A DNA stretch of 64,000 bases, from assembly GCA_046727495.1 (NCBI GenBank), contig JBKPCS010000094.1, positions 16,029 to 80,028 on the forward strand, given 5' to 3'. This DNA comes from a bacterium. Its GTDB lineage: Bacteria; Verrucomicrobiota; Verrucomicrobiia; Chthoniobacterales; JAFAMB01. Each line of letters opens with the position of its first letter. The first letter of the stretch is position 1. The notes under the pieces are model-generated. The model did no database searches. It was not told the DNA's origin and saw only the letters and a list, made by a program, of their open reading frames with translations. Both the position numbers and the translations under genes were made by a program. Of the stretch, positions 20,198 through 28,500 are shown one piece after another.

Positions 20198-20240
20198 CTT
20201 TTGGGATACCACTGCAACGCCTACAGGATCAAGCAGGGCG

Positions 20241-20288
20241 GCCACACGCGCGAGTCCGGCCACTGCCGGATAAAGCTCATGCCTACCG
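20241..20288 (-). repeat. dispersed repeat family A, copy 3 (right flank of the TA module, inverted)
   Basis: Its reverse complement cggtaggcatgagctttatccggcagtggccggactcgcgcgtgtggc matches 18907-18954. Confidence 0.75.
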
Positions 20289-20320
20289 ATTGCAGACCAT
20301 ATCGCACCGCTATACGCAGG

Positions 20321-20350
20321 CCGAAAAGCGAAAACGGCAAACCGAAAACT
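20321..20350. repeat. tandem heptamer array CCGAAAA GCGAAAA CGGCAAA CCGAAAA
   Basis: Read directly from the sequence. It is the approximate complement of the GCGTTTN-type array at 18867-18905, which extends the inverted symmetry around the TA module. Confidence 0.55.
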
Positions 20351-20378
20351 GATAACCGCCAGGCTGTAAGCGTTGCCG

Positions 20379-21011
20379 CTAATCCTCGGTAAACTCCAGA
20401 TGAAATACCTGCAGCGCACGCGGGTTTGTTCCGGGACGAAAAACATGAACCGCCCGGCAATATCCGGCCGAGTTCGAATCCAGTTCGGCTCCTGTCTTGA
20501 ACTCGAACGCGACTCCTTTGCCGCGATCGACAAAGATTTCAAAAGCTTTCTCGCTTCGGCCTCCATTCAGCGTCTGGGTCAATTCTTCGTCGCGCCGGAG
20601 AGCAGGAAAAGTGCTCTGTATTTCCCCGAATGTGTTTCTGATAGAGATTCCGAATGCTGTACGAAAATAGGGAGATGTCGTCCGAATCTGACCGACTACC
20701 AACGGTCCCCCTGAAAGCTCGCTGCGAAAAAAAACTTCAAGCTCTTCGTCTCCGGTTTGATACCTTCCACCAAAGGCGACTCCGGATCGCCAAACCTCCC
20801 AGAGTTGGCCGTTGATCGTTCCATTTGCCAGTTTTGGTGAGCCCAAAACGCGATGAACGTCATCCAAGGTTTGGCCAAGATGCACCAGCCCAACGCTTTC
20901 GCCTGGACTGATGACCGAACTCGCCTCAATCCCTTGAGCGCGAGCATTAACCGTCGCCGCGAGCAATGAGATACCTATTGCGGCAATTGCGGACCGGATA
21001 TCGATGAACAT
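20379..21011 (-). CDS. hypothetical secreted protein
   Basis: 210 aa with signal peptide MFIDIRSAIAAIGISLLAATVNARAQG. No recognised domain. Confidence 0.45.
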   Translation of the reverse strand: MFIDIRSAIAAIGISLLAATVNARAQGIEASSVISPGESVGLVHLGQTLDDVHRVLGSPKLANGTINGQLWEVWRSGVAFGGRYQTGDEELEVFFRSELSGGPLVVGQIRTTSPYFRTAFGISIRNTFGEIQSTFPALRRDEELTQTLNGGRSEKAFEIFVDRGKGVAFEFKTGAELDSNSAGYCRAVHVFRPGTNPRALQVFHLEFTED

Positions 21012-21054
21012 GGTAGCGGTAATCCAGCGGTTTTTTCCTCTTATTCCAAGCCTA

Positions 21055-21147
21055 GAGTGTGAGTGTGAGTGCGAGTGTGAGTGCGAGTGTGAGTTATGAT
21101 ATAGAGTAATTTACTCGCACTCACACGCACACTCATACCCGCACTCA
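21055..21147. repeat. hairpin with arms made of GTGAGT/GCGAGT hexamer repeats, abutting the hemL start codon
   Basis: Left arm 21055-21094 is (gagtgt/gagtgc)n. The AT-rich loop is tatgatatagagtaattt. Right arm 21113-21147 is actcgcactcacacgcacactcatacccgcactca, followed directly by ATG 21148. Confidence 0.7.
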
Positions 21148-22422
21148 ATGACTAGCTCGTCCCTGTTTAGTGAAGCGAAACGGCTGATTCCTGGTGGCGT
21201 CAATTCACCTGTCCGTGCTTTTCGCAATGTAGGAGGCGAACCTTTTTTCGTGCAGCGCGCGAAGGGATCGCACCTCTGGGATGTAGATGGTCGAGAATAC
21301 ATCGATTACGTTGGTACATGGGGACCTGCAATTCTTGGCCATGCGCACGCAGTGGTCGTTGAAGCTGTCAAAGAAGCTGCAAACGCCGGATTGAGTTTCG
21401 GCATTCCAAACCCATTTGAAGTCGAGATAGCGCAACTGATCTGCAACTGGGTTCCTTCCGTCGAAAAGGTCCGCATGGTGAATAGCGGTACCGAGGCGAC
21501 GATGTCTTGTATCCGATTGGCGCGAGGATTTACCGGTCGAAAATTGATCGTCAAATTCGATGGCTGTTACCACGGGCACGTCGATTCCTTGCTGGTCAAA
21601 GCCGGAAGCGGCGCCCTGACGCACGGAAATCCGGATAGCGCTGGGGTCCCGCCAGAATTCGCGGAACTAACGATTGCGATCCCGTACAATGACGCTGAAG
21701 AGCTTGCTGCAGTTTTCAGTAAATGGGGGGATCAGATTGCAGGCGTAATCGTCGAGTCAGTACCGGCAAATGCCGGATTGTATTTTCCTAAACCGGGATT
21801 CTACGAAGCTCTCCGGCAGCTATGCGATCGACACGGCGCTTTACTGATCTTCGATGAAGTAATGACCGGGTTTCGGGTCGCAAAAGGAGGATACCAAGCG
21901 CTTTGTGGCATCAAGCCGGACCTGACAGCTTTGGGAAAAGTGATCGGTGGCGGTTTACCGGTTGGAGCATTTGGTGGTCGGAGCGATATAATGCAAAAAC
22001 TCTCTCCCGAAGGGCCAGTGTATCAGGCCGGCACGTTGTCGGGTAACCCGCTCGCGATGGCGGCTGGGCTAGCTCAGCTTCGCGAACTGGAGAGAGTCGA
22101 CGGTTGGTCGAACCTGGAAAAAATAGGACAGCAGATGGAGGCTGGTGTCCGCGATATTCTCAAACGAACAGGAAAGAACTATCAGTTCCATCGATTAGGC
22201 TCTATGTTCTGCCTCTTTTTCACCGAACAACCGGTGTGGAACCTTGGGGACGCTATGAAGTCCGATCTCAAAACGTTCGCCCGTTATTTTCATTTTTGTT
22301 TGCAGAACGGGATCTATTTTGCGCCTTCCCAGTTTGAGGCCGGGTTTTTGTGCACGGCGCACACAAGCGAGGATTTGGAGCGGACGGTGGAAGTCATGCG
22401 GCGATTCATGGAGGAAGCGTGA
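21148..22422 (+). CDS. hemL: glutamate-1-semialdehyde 2,1-aminomutase
   Basis: 424 aa with LIPGGVNSPVRAF at the N-terminus and the PLP-lysine context LTALGKVIGGGLPVGAFGG. Confidence 0.95.
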   Translation: MTSSSLFSEAKRLIPGGVNSPVRAFRNVGGEPFFVQRAKGSHLWDVDGREYIDYVGTWGPAILGHAHAVVVEAVKEAANAGLSFGIPNPFEVEIAQLICNWVPSVEKVRMVNSGTEATMSCIRLARGFTGRKLIVKFDGCYHGHVDSLLVKAGSGALTHGNPDSAGVPPEFAELTIAIPYNDAEELAAVFSKWGDQIAGVIVESVPANAGLYFPKPGFYEALRQLCDRHGALLIFDEVMTGFRVAKGGYQALCGIKPDLTALGKVIGGGLPVGAFGGRSDIMQKLSPEGPVYQAGTLSGNPLAMAAGLAQLRELERVDGWSNLEKIGQQMEAGVRDILKRTGKNYQFHRLGSMFCLFFTEQPVWNLGDAMKSDLKTFARYFHFCLQNGIYFAPSQFEAGFLCTAHTSEDLERTVEVMRRFMEEA

Positions 22423-22449
22423 AGATAGGACCAATGTGACCAATAGGAC

Positions 22450-22749
22450 CTATGGGGCCAATGAGCGCAGATAGTCGTACGAATAGATGCCCGACGAATG
22501 ACCATCTTTCCATTCAGGCTGGATGGCGTAGCCGCCGACCGCACGACAACTCTTGAGTTCGAAGCTGGCCGGGATATGGCGCGGGTTACCCCCATAAACC
22601 TTGCCGGTAAGATCTTTTTCACCCGAGCACTCCGCACAGGGGCAGCGTTTTCGTAGAGTCTCGAGCTGAATATACGTCTCCGTGCCATCACTCCAACGAA
22701 GTGCGAGTTCTTTACCGATCGAGGTCATCTCTTCAAGGTGAAGGGGCAT
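22450..22749 (-). CDS. DUF971 domain-containing protein
   Basis: 99 aa. The pattern LALRWSDG...LRKRCPCAEC...GYAIQPEWKDGHSSGIYSYDYL matches the DUF971 pattern. Confidence 0.7.
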   Translation of the reverse strand: MPLHLEEMTSIGKELALRWSDGTETYIQLETLRKRCPCAECSGEKDLTGKVYGGNPRHIPASFELKSCRAVGGYAIQPEWKDGHSSGIYSYDYLRSLAP

Positions 22750-22753
22750 GAAT

Positions 22754-22850
22754 GTAGAATACAGGAGACAAGAGACAGAATACAGGAGAGAGAAGGTTAG
22801 AACAGCGCGCCTCTCCTGTATTCTCTATTCCCTCTCCTGTATTCTCTGCC
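22754..22850. repeat. hairpin whose arms each carry two 21-bp-spaced copies of AGAATACAGGAGA
   Basis: Copies on the plus strand lie at 22756-22768 and 22777-22789. Complementary tctcctgtattct lies at 22812-22824 and 22833-22845. The element sits in the divergent DUF971/SDR promoter region. Confidence 0.75.
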
Positions 22851-22881
22851 AATTGACTCCCTCCCCCATAAAGCTTAGAAA

Positions 22882-23751
22882 ATGCGGATGAGCATCAGCT
22901 ATTTCGCCGAGTGCACGGCCCTGGTTACAGGCGCTTCGGCCGGAATTGGCCGCGAGTTCGCGCGGCAGCTCGCTCCGGTAGTTCACACGTTAGTCCTTGT
23001 GGCCCGGCGCGATGATCGTCTCAAAGCGCTTGAACTTGAACTGAAGATAATCAACCCAAAACTCGAAGTGTTTTGTCGCCAGGTGGATCTCGGTAATCGT
23101 TCGGAGCTGGAAAGATTTTGCGGCTGGCTCGACGAAAGCGATCTGGCAATTGATCTGCTGATCAACAACGCCGGGCTCGGTGATTACGGATTCTTTATCG
23201 ATAGCGAGTGGGACAGGATTCAAGCCATGCTGGATGTGAATATTACCGCGCTCACCTATCTGACCTATCGAATTCTGCCGAGAATGCGCCGGTCCGGTTG
23301 CGGAGCGATTCTGAATGTTAGTTCGGTAGCCGGTCTTTTCCCCGTTCCGCGAGTCGCAGTCTACGCCGCTAGTAAGGCCTATGTCATCAGCCTGAGCGAA
23401 GCTTTGCGCGCTGAACTCCGAAACTCGAATATTTCGGTTACGGTGCTTTGCCCAGGACCGACCCCGACCGAATTCTCCGACGTGGCGCGACGCCCGACCG
23501 GAGAACCAAGCGCCGGCGGGCCGGACTTCCTATCGGTACCAGTTCAGGAAGTAGTTCGCCAAGGGTTGATCGCTGTGTCGCATGATCGGGCCCGGGTTAT
23601 TCCCGGGACTCTTGTTAACCTTTTGATGACCACGGTAGCGTTTGTACCGATGTTCGTGCTGCGACTCCTGCTGAACGCTCGCGCCGGTCGCCCAACGCCG
23701 GTCCCGCAGGCAACCTCTTTTGATTACGAAACCTCATCGACCGGACGCTAA
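22882..23751 (+). CDS. SDR family oxidoreductase
   Basis: 289 aa with the cofactor motif TGASAGIGREFA, NNAG, and the catalytic YAASKAY. Confidence 0.85.
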   Translation: MRMSISYFAECTALVTGASAGIGREFARQLAPVVHTLVLVARRDDRLKALELELKIINPKLEVFCRQVDLGNRSELERFCGWLDESDLAIDLLINNAGLGDYGFFIDSEWDRIQAMLDVNITALTYLTYRILPRMRRSGCGAILNVSSVAGLFPVPRVAVYAASKAYVISLSEALRAELRNSNISVTVLCPGPTPTEFSDVARRPTGEPSAGGPDFLSVPVQEVVRQGLIAVSHDRARVIPGTLVNLLMTTVAFVPMFVLRLLLNARAGRPTPVPQATSFDYETSSTGR

Positions 23752-23757
23752 GCGCAG

Positions 23758-24078
23758 ATGGAGTTGATTAAAGTCTACTATTTCCTCTTCGGATTGGTTG
23801 CGATCGTCGGCGGAGCGATGGGTTATGCAAAGGCTCAAAGCAAACCGTCCCTGATTGCCGGCAGTGTCAGCGGCGCGCTCTTGATTCTGGCCGGGCTACT
23901 GACGCCAGGTCTATCTGGGTCGATCCTGGCCCTTCTGGTCTCACTTCTGTTACTCGGGTACTTTGCTCGGGCCTACCTTGCTAAGCGAAAACCGATGCCC
24001 GCGATTCCAATGATTGCTTTCAGCGCAATCGGCCTTGTTTTGAGCGTAATCGCCCTCTGCATGTTACATGGCAGCTGA
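23758..24078 (+). CDS. small 4-TM membrane protein (TMEM14-like)
   Basis: 106 aa with four glycine-rich hydrophobic helices. The family assignment is from memory only. Confidence 0.5.
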   Translation: MELIKVYYFLFGLVAIVGGAMGYAKAQSKPSLIAGSVSGALLILAGLLTPGLSGSILALLVSLLLLGYFARAYLAKRKPMPAIPMIAFSAIGLVLSVIALCMLHGS

Positions 24079-25459
24079 CCGCCCCCGCACAGAGGAAGAA
24101 GTGTCGGCGTATCGGCGTATCAGCGTGTGTGTAGTCCGCGTCCTAGTAGGGGGCCTCGTTACGATCACACTTTCCGGTTGCCCGGTTTCTTTCAATCCAT
24201 CGCCCAGCCCAACCCCGACGCCGTTCCCCAGCCCGACGCCGTTCCCCAGCCCGACGCCCGCTCCGACACCGCTGCCGGAAACTTTCATTCCGTCGTCCAG
24301 AATGGAAACGGCGAAGCTATTTAATGGCCTGGAGATTCATTCGAAAGTTTCTACCGTCGAAGGGCCTCCTGCGATCGTTGGCCGGAAGACGCCGGATGCG
24401 TATCTGCTGGATCTCGATATAAGGATTCAAGTCCCGAAGCCAGCGCAGACGCTGGAAGAGTTACAAGCAGCCGATCCGGCCCTGGACGTCGCTTTACCCG
24501 GCCTGAGAGAACGACTGCCAACAGCAAAAGTCTCCAACTTTTATCATGCTCTTTATCAACTGAAAGTCGACGTGGTAAACCGCGAGCTGGTCCGGTTAGA
24601 TCAAATCGTATCGCGTCACAACTTTTTCGATTGTAACACAATCCTTGAGATCAAAGATGCGAAGACAAATCGAAAGGCGCTCTTGATTCAGAGCGATATG
24701 GACGTCAATGCCGATGGTTCGGACTCCGATCGTTACCAGGAGGTGGATGGCTCCTACCTAAATTTTCAACCGTTTACCAGCTACAGGTGGCCCAAGAAGA
24801 CCGATAAACCTAGCCAGTTCCTGGCCACGCGAGAGGAGAAACTGAAACAGTTATCGACAGAATTCGGCGCAAAAACCACGACTCCGGACCGCAAGAAAGT
24901 TTTGAAAGATCAGATCGAGGATCTTCAGCGGGGGATCGACGATTTAAAAAAATTCAGTTTTCTAGTGTCAAAGCTGGATCCGTTCGTTGTGTTACCGGGC
25001 TTCATGTTGCGTCAAACCAACCAGGCTTACGTGCCCAAGCTTGGAGATTACGTCGTCGTTTTGTTCAAAGGAAAACTATATCCCGCGCTGCTTGGAGATG
25101 TCGGACCATCGTACAAGATCGGAGAAGCATCGATGCGGATCTGTTCGGAGCTGGATCCCCGCTCGAACGCCTACAACCGACCGTCGAGCAACCTGGATAT
25201 AACATACATCGTTTTCCCTGGGTCAACGGACGGACAACCAGGACCACCGGATCTGAAGAAGCTGCACGACCATTGCGCTGGGCTTTTGAACGAGATCGGC
25301 GGTTACGCGGGGGAAATGTGGATGTGGGAAGATCTTTTGGCGAAACCTTCGCCGATGCCAACGCCAACACCGACGCCGCCGGTTGCGGCATCAGTTTCGG
25401 CGAGTCCGAGCGCAGCGCCATCACCCTCCGCGAGTTCAGCGGCCTCGCCAAAGCGCTGA
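24068..25459 (+). CDS. lipoprotein with Pro-rich linkers and a glycoside hydrolase family 75 (chitosanase)-like domain
   Basis: Carries the lipobox LSGC; a GTG at 24125 would give the compact signal peptide (M)CVVRVLVGGLVTITLSGC. The motifs DMDVNADG, GKLYPALLGDVGPSYKIGEASMRICSEL and DITYIVFPG resemble fungal GH75 chitosanase motifs as I recall them. PSPTPTPFP and PTPTPTPP tails flank the domain. Confidence 0.5.
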   Translation: MAADRPRTEEEVSAYRRISVCVVRVLVGGLVTITLSGCPVSFNPSPSPTPTPFPSPTPFPSPTPAPTPLPETFIPSSRMETAKLFNGLEIHSKVSTVEGPPAIVGRKTPDAYLLDLDIRIQVPKPAQTLEELQAADPALDVALPGLRERLPTAKVSNFYHALYQLKVDVVNRELVRLDQIVSRHNFFDCNTILEIKDAKTNRKALLIQSDMDVNADGSDSDRYQEVDGSYLNFQPFTSYRWPKKTDKPSQFLATREEKLKQLSTEFGAKTTTPDRKKVLKDQIEDLQRGIDDLKKFSFLVSKLDPFVVLPGFMLRQTNQAYVPKLGDYVVVLFKGKLYPALLGDVGPSYKIGEASMRICSELDPRSNAYNRPSSNLDITYIVFPGSTDGQPGPPDLKKLHDHCAGLLNEIGGYAGEMWMWEDLLAKPSPMPTPTPTPPVAASVSASPSAAPSPSASSAASPKR

Positions 25460-25463
25460 TTGT

Positions 25464-25588
25464 GCGTGTAGGGCGGCAGGCCTCTGCCGCCAAAACTTAT
25501 CGCTTTCCATCCCCTTGCGCGTGGGGCCCTTCCTTAATCTGCGAAATCGCCATGGATTTTGGCGGCAGGGGCCTGCCGCCCTACACGC
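25464..25588. repeat. inverted pair of REP-like family B units (TGTAGGGCGGCAG-N4-CTGCCGCC) flanking 61 bp
   Basis: The left unit is gcgtgtagggcggcaggcctctgccgccaaaa (25464-25495). The right unit is ttttggcggcaggggcctgccgccctacacgc (25557-25588). Each unit is itself a hairpin. The element begins 5 nt after the lipoprotein stop. Confidence 0.75.
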
Positions 25589-25630
25589 GCGCTCAATTCT
25601 TGGCAATTGTAAATCGCCGGTTACATTTGA

Positions 25631-26071
25631 ATGATGCAAAGTTGCCAATTCACTTTTGCCGTTCACGTGATGGCGGTGCTTGCATTGAAGAAAGGTCAAT
25701 GCTGCTCCTCGACCAGACTTGCGATGACAGTTAATACGAATCCGGTGGTGATCCGGCGCCTTTTACTCGAGTTGCAGGAAGCGAATTTGATCTCCACCCA
25801 GCGCGGCCCAGCTGGGGGCGCTCTTCTGGCTAAGAAACCGGAGAGGATCACTCTCCTCGAAATCTACCGAGCGGTGGATCCGGGTGGAACGTTTGGTCGT
25901 CATCCGAATCAACCCTCCCGGCTCTGTCCGGTCGGCCGGGAGATCCCCCGTGTCATGGATCATGTGCAACAGCGGGTGACCCAGGCGCAGGAACGGGAAC
26001 TGAAGCGGATAACGTTGGCAACGGTGCTGCGCGATTTGGGCTGTAGAGCGTCAGAACTTGTCGCGCAGTAG
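25631..26071 (+). CDS. Rrf2 family transcriptional regulator
   Basis: 146 aa with an N-terminal winged-helix pattern FTFAVHVMAVLA...RRLLLELQEANLISTQRGPAGGALLAK. Confidence 0.8.
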   Translation: MMQSCQFTFAVHVMAVLALKKGQCCSSTRLAMTVNTNPVVIRRLLLELQEANLISTQRGPAGGALLAKKPERITLLEIYRAVDPGGTFGRHPNQPSRLCPVGREIPRVMDHVQQRVTQAQERELKRITLATVLRDLGCRASELVAQ

Positions 26072-26111
26072 CCTTGGCGAAGGCTGACCCTTCTGCCGAA
26101 ATCCGAATGTA

Positions 26112-27170
26112 ATGAGGCGGTTGAAGACGAAGTTAATATGTAATAGCTTCAGTTACATTATGCTTTCCCAATTTGATCCTACGTGGTCCAGGACGCTGTT
26201 CACAGGCGACTCCGCAGAACAGATTACACCTGATCCTGCCACGGGTGATGACGAGTTACTCGATGCCTACTCCAACACCGTCAGCCGGGCTGCAAGCCGG
26301 GTTGCGCCAGCCGTCGTCCATATACGAGCGAAGACCGGACGCCGGCGGGGAGAAGGCGGAGGCAGCGGATTTGTGATTGCGCCGGACGGCTTCGTTCTGA
26401 CGAACAGCCATGTGGTTCACGAAGCCAAAGCGGTGGAGGTGACCTTGGCTGACGCCCGAACTTTCGAAGCGGCGCTGGTCGGAGAAGACCCGGACACTGA
26501 TCTCGCGGTTTTACGTATTAACGCCGGACAACTACCTTTCTTGCCGTTCGCCAACTCGAAAGCTTTGCGAATCGGACAGATCGCGATAGCGATCGGCAGC
26601 CCCTATGGTTTTCAACAGACAGTAACTGCGGGCGTGGTCAGTGCGCTGGGACGATCCATGCGCGCCGAATCCGGCCGCCTCATGGACGACATCATCCAGA
26701 CGGACGCGGCCCTGAATCCTGGAAATTCCGGCGGTCCCCTGGTTAATTCGTCGGGACACGTTATCGGCGTCAATACAGCGGTGATCCTGCCTGCCCAAGG
26801 ACTCTGCTTTGCGATCGCATCGAATACCGCCCAACTGGTGGCCGGTTGGTTAATTCGTGATGGTAAGATTCGGCGAAGTTATCTAGGCCTGGCAGGACAG
26901 AACGTCACCATCCATCCTCGATTGGTCCGCCATCACAAACTGACGCACGACCAGGGAATCCTGGTCGTTGGGGTGGAGCCAGAAAGTCCGGCGCAAAAAG
27001 CTGGACTGGTCGAGGGAGACAATATCGTCGCTTTTAAGGGCGCACCGATTTCCAGCATCGATGATTTGCATCGAATCCTTGTGGGAAACGAAATCGGAGT
27101 AAAATCGATTTTGACGGTGTTGCGTGGTGTCGAACGGCTGGAGCTGCCGGTTACACCCGGGGAACGGTGA
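26112..27170 (+). CDS. S1C family serine protease with C-terminal PDZ domain (HtrA/DegP-like)
   Basis: Catalytic contexts LTNSHVV (His), DTDLAVL (Asp) and GNSGGPLVN (Ser), followed by a PDZ-like segment. The start is uncertain (26112 or the later Met at 26160). Confidence 0.85.
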   Translation: MRRLKTKLICNSFSYIMLSQFDPTWSRTLFTGDSAEQITPDPATGDDELLDAYSNTVSRAASRVAPAVVHIRAKTGRRRGEGGGSGFVIAPDGFVLTNSHVVHEAKAVEVTLADARTFEAALVGEDPDTDLAVLRINAGQLPFLPFANSKALRIGQIAIAIGSPYGFQQTVTAGVVSALGRSMRAESGRLMDDIIQTDAALNPGNSGGPLVNSSGHVIGVNTAVILPAQGLCFAIASNTAQLVAGWLIRDGKIRRSYLGLAGQNVTIHPRLVRHHKLTHDQGILVVGVEPESPAQKAGLVEGDNIVAFKGAPISSIDDLHRILVGNEIGVKSILTVLRGVERLELPVTPGER

Positions 27171-27173
27171 GGC

Positions 27174-27296
27174 GAATTCCGAGGATTCCGACATCAGAAG
27201 CTTCCAGTCCGGCCAGAGCCGGATGGGTCGACCTTCCAGCTCGACCGATTCCGTGGCTCAACCCGCCGAAGTAGCTCATCCGAATCCGGAGGATTC
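27174..27296 (+). repeat. dispersed repeat family C, copy 1
   Basis: gaattccgaggattc...gaagcttccagtccggccagagccggatgggtcgacc...gaatccggaggattc. Shares the core with 52343-52448 and the reverse complement of 56165-56238. Begins 4 nt after the htrA-like stop. Confidence 0.65.
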
Positions 27297-27357
27297 TGAA
27301 TCAGACCCTGCGTGGAGTTTAAGCTGCATGTTGCATTAAACTAGCTTAACTGCCGGA

Positions 27358-28500
27358 ATGGCCATTGATCTGGGTCGACTTATTGATCTCTTCTCTGAAA
27401 ATTTCGAGAGACTCGGCGAAATTGGGGCCTCGATTTGTATCTGGCAGAACGGAAGTCAGGTCCTGAATCTTGCCGACGGTCATTGGGACCGTGAAAAGAC
27501 TGTTCCCTGGTCGGCGCAGACGCCGGTGCTGATCTGGTCCGCAACCAAAGGATTGGCCTCAGCGTGCCTGGTGCACGCTCTGAATCGACAAAAGATTCCG
27601 TTCGAGCGGCGGGTAATCGATTTCTGGCCAGAATATGGGCAAAACGGAAAGCGCGAGACCAGGCTGTTGCATATCCTTTCCCATCAAGCGGGGCAGCCAG
27701 CTCTTCGTGATCATTCGATATCGGTACTGGATCATCAGGCCGTTGCAGACCAACTTGCCGCGCAAGAACCTTTTTGGGTCCCCGGACAGGCGCATGGATA
27801 TCATCCGCGCACCTATGGCTTTCTGGTGGACGAACTGTTGCGCCGAATCACGCACTGTGTCGACGTCGGCGCCTATTTTCGCGAAACGTTCGCAAATCCA
27901 TTCAAGCTCGATATCTGGATCGGCGCCCCTGAATCAGTTCTTGAGGATATCGCGCCAATCTATGCTCCCCGAAGAGCGCGAACCCAAAACAACGAAGAAG
28001 ATAGATTTTACGAAACTCTTGCCACGCCTGGCTCACTGGCCAGCGAATCGTTTTCGACTCCTGCTGGGCTTCGGGCTCCCTCACTCATGAACGATCCAAA
28101 GGTCAGAATTCAGCCGATACCTTCATTTGGAGGGATCGCTACCGCCGAATCGCTGGCGCGATTCTATTATCTCTTCGGATCTGGCGAGATAGTTGATGAG
28201 GAAGTAATTGGGAAAGTCTCAGCACGACAATGTTCGGGCGAAGATCGGGTGTTGTTAATACCAACTGCTTTTGGCGCTGGTTTTATGAAAGACCCAGTCG
28301 AAAATCACAAAAAGGTTCGATCCCTTTTTGGACCTTCGTTAACCGGTTTTGGTCAGCCGGGCGCCGGCGGTAGCAACGCGTTCTTCGATCGCGAGAATAA
28401 AGTGGCATTTGCGTACGTGATGAACCAGATGGAACCTGGGCTGTTCCCAAACCAGAAGTCGCTCCGGATCGTGAAAGAGTTCTATGATAGAGGTTTATAA
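27358..28500 (+). CDS. serine hydrolase (beta-lactamase / esterase family)
   Basis: 380 aa with the SxxK motif WSATKGLAS and overall class C beta-lactamase-like length. Confidence 0.75.
   Translation: MAIDLGRLIDLFSENFERLGEIGASICIWQNGSQVLNLADGHWDREKTVPWSAQTPVLIWSATKGLASACLVHALNRQKIPFERRVIDFWPEYGQNGKRETRLLHILSHQAGQPALRDHSISVLDHQAVADQLAAQEPFWVPGQAHGYHPRTYGFLVDELLRRITHCVDVGAYFRETFANPFKLDIWIGAPESVLEDIAPIYAPRRARTQNNEEDRFYETLATPGSLASESFSTPAGLRAPSLMNDPKVRIQPIPSFGGIATAESLARFYYLFGSGEIVDEEVIGKVSARQCSGEDRVLLIPTAFGAGFMKDPVENHKKVRSLFGPSLTGFGQPGAGGSNAFFDRENKVAFAYVMNQMEPGLFPNQKSLRIVKEFYDRGL

Noticed and set aside
24064-24288. 74-aa minus-strand ORF with a GVGLGNGVGLGNG repeat
   Set aside because: It is the reverse-complement reading of the Pro/Thr-rich linker of the lipoprotein gene, so it is an artefact of the repeat.
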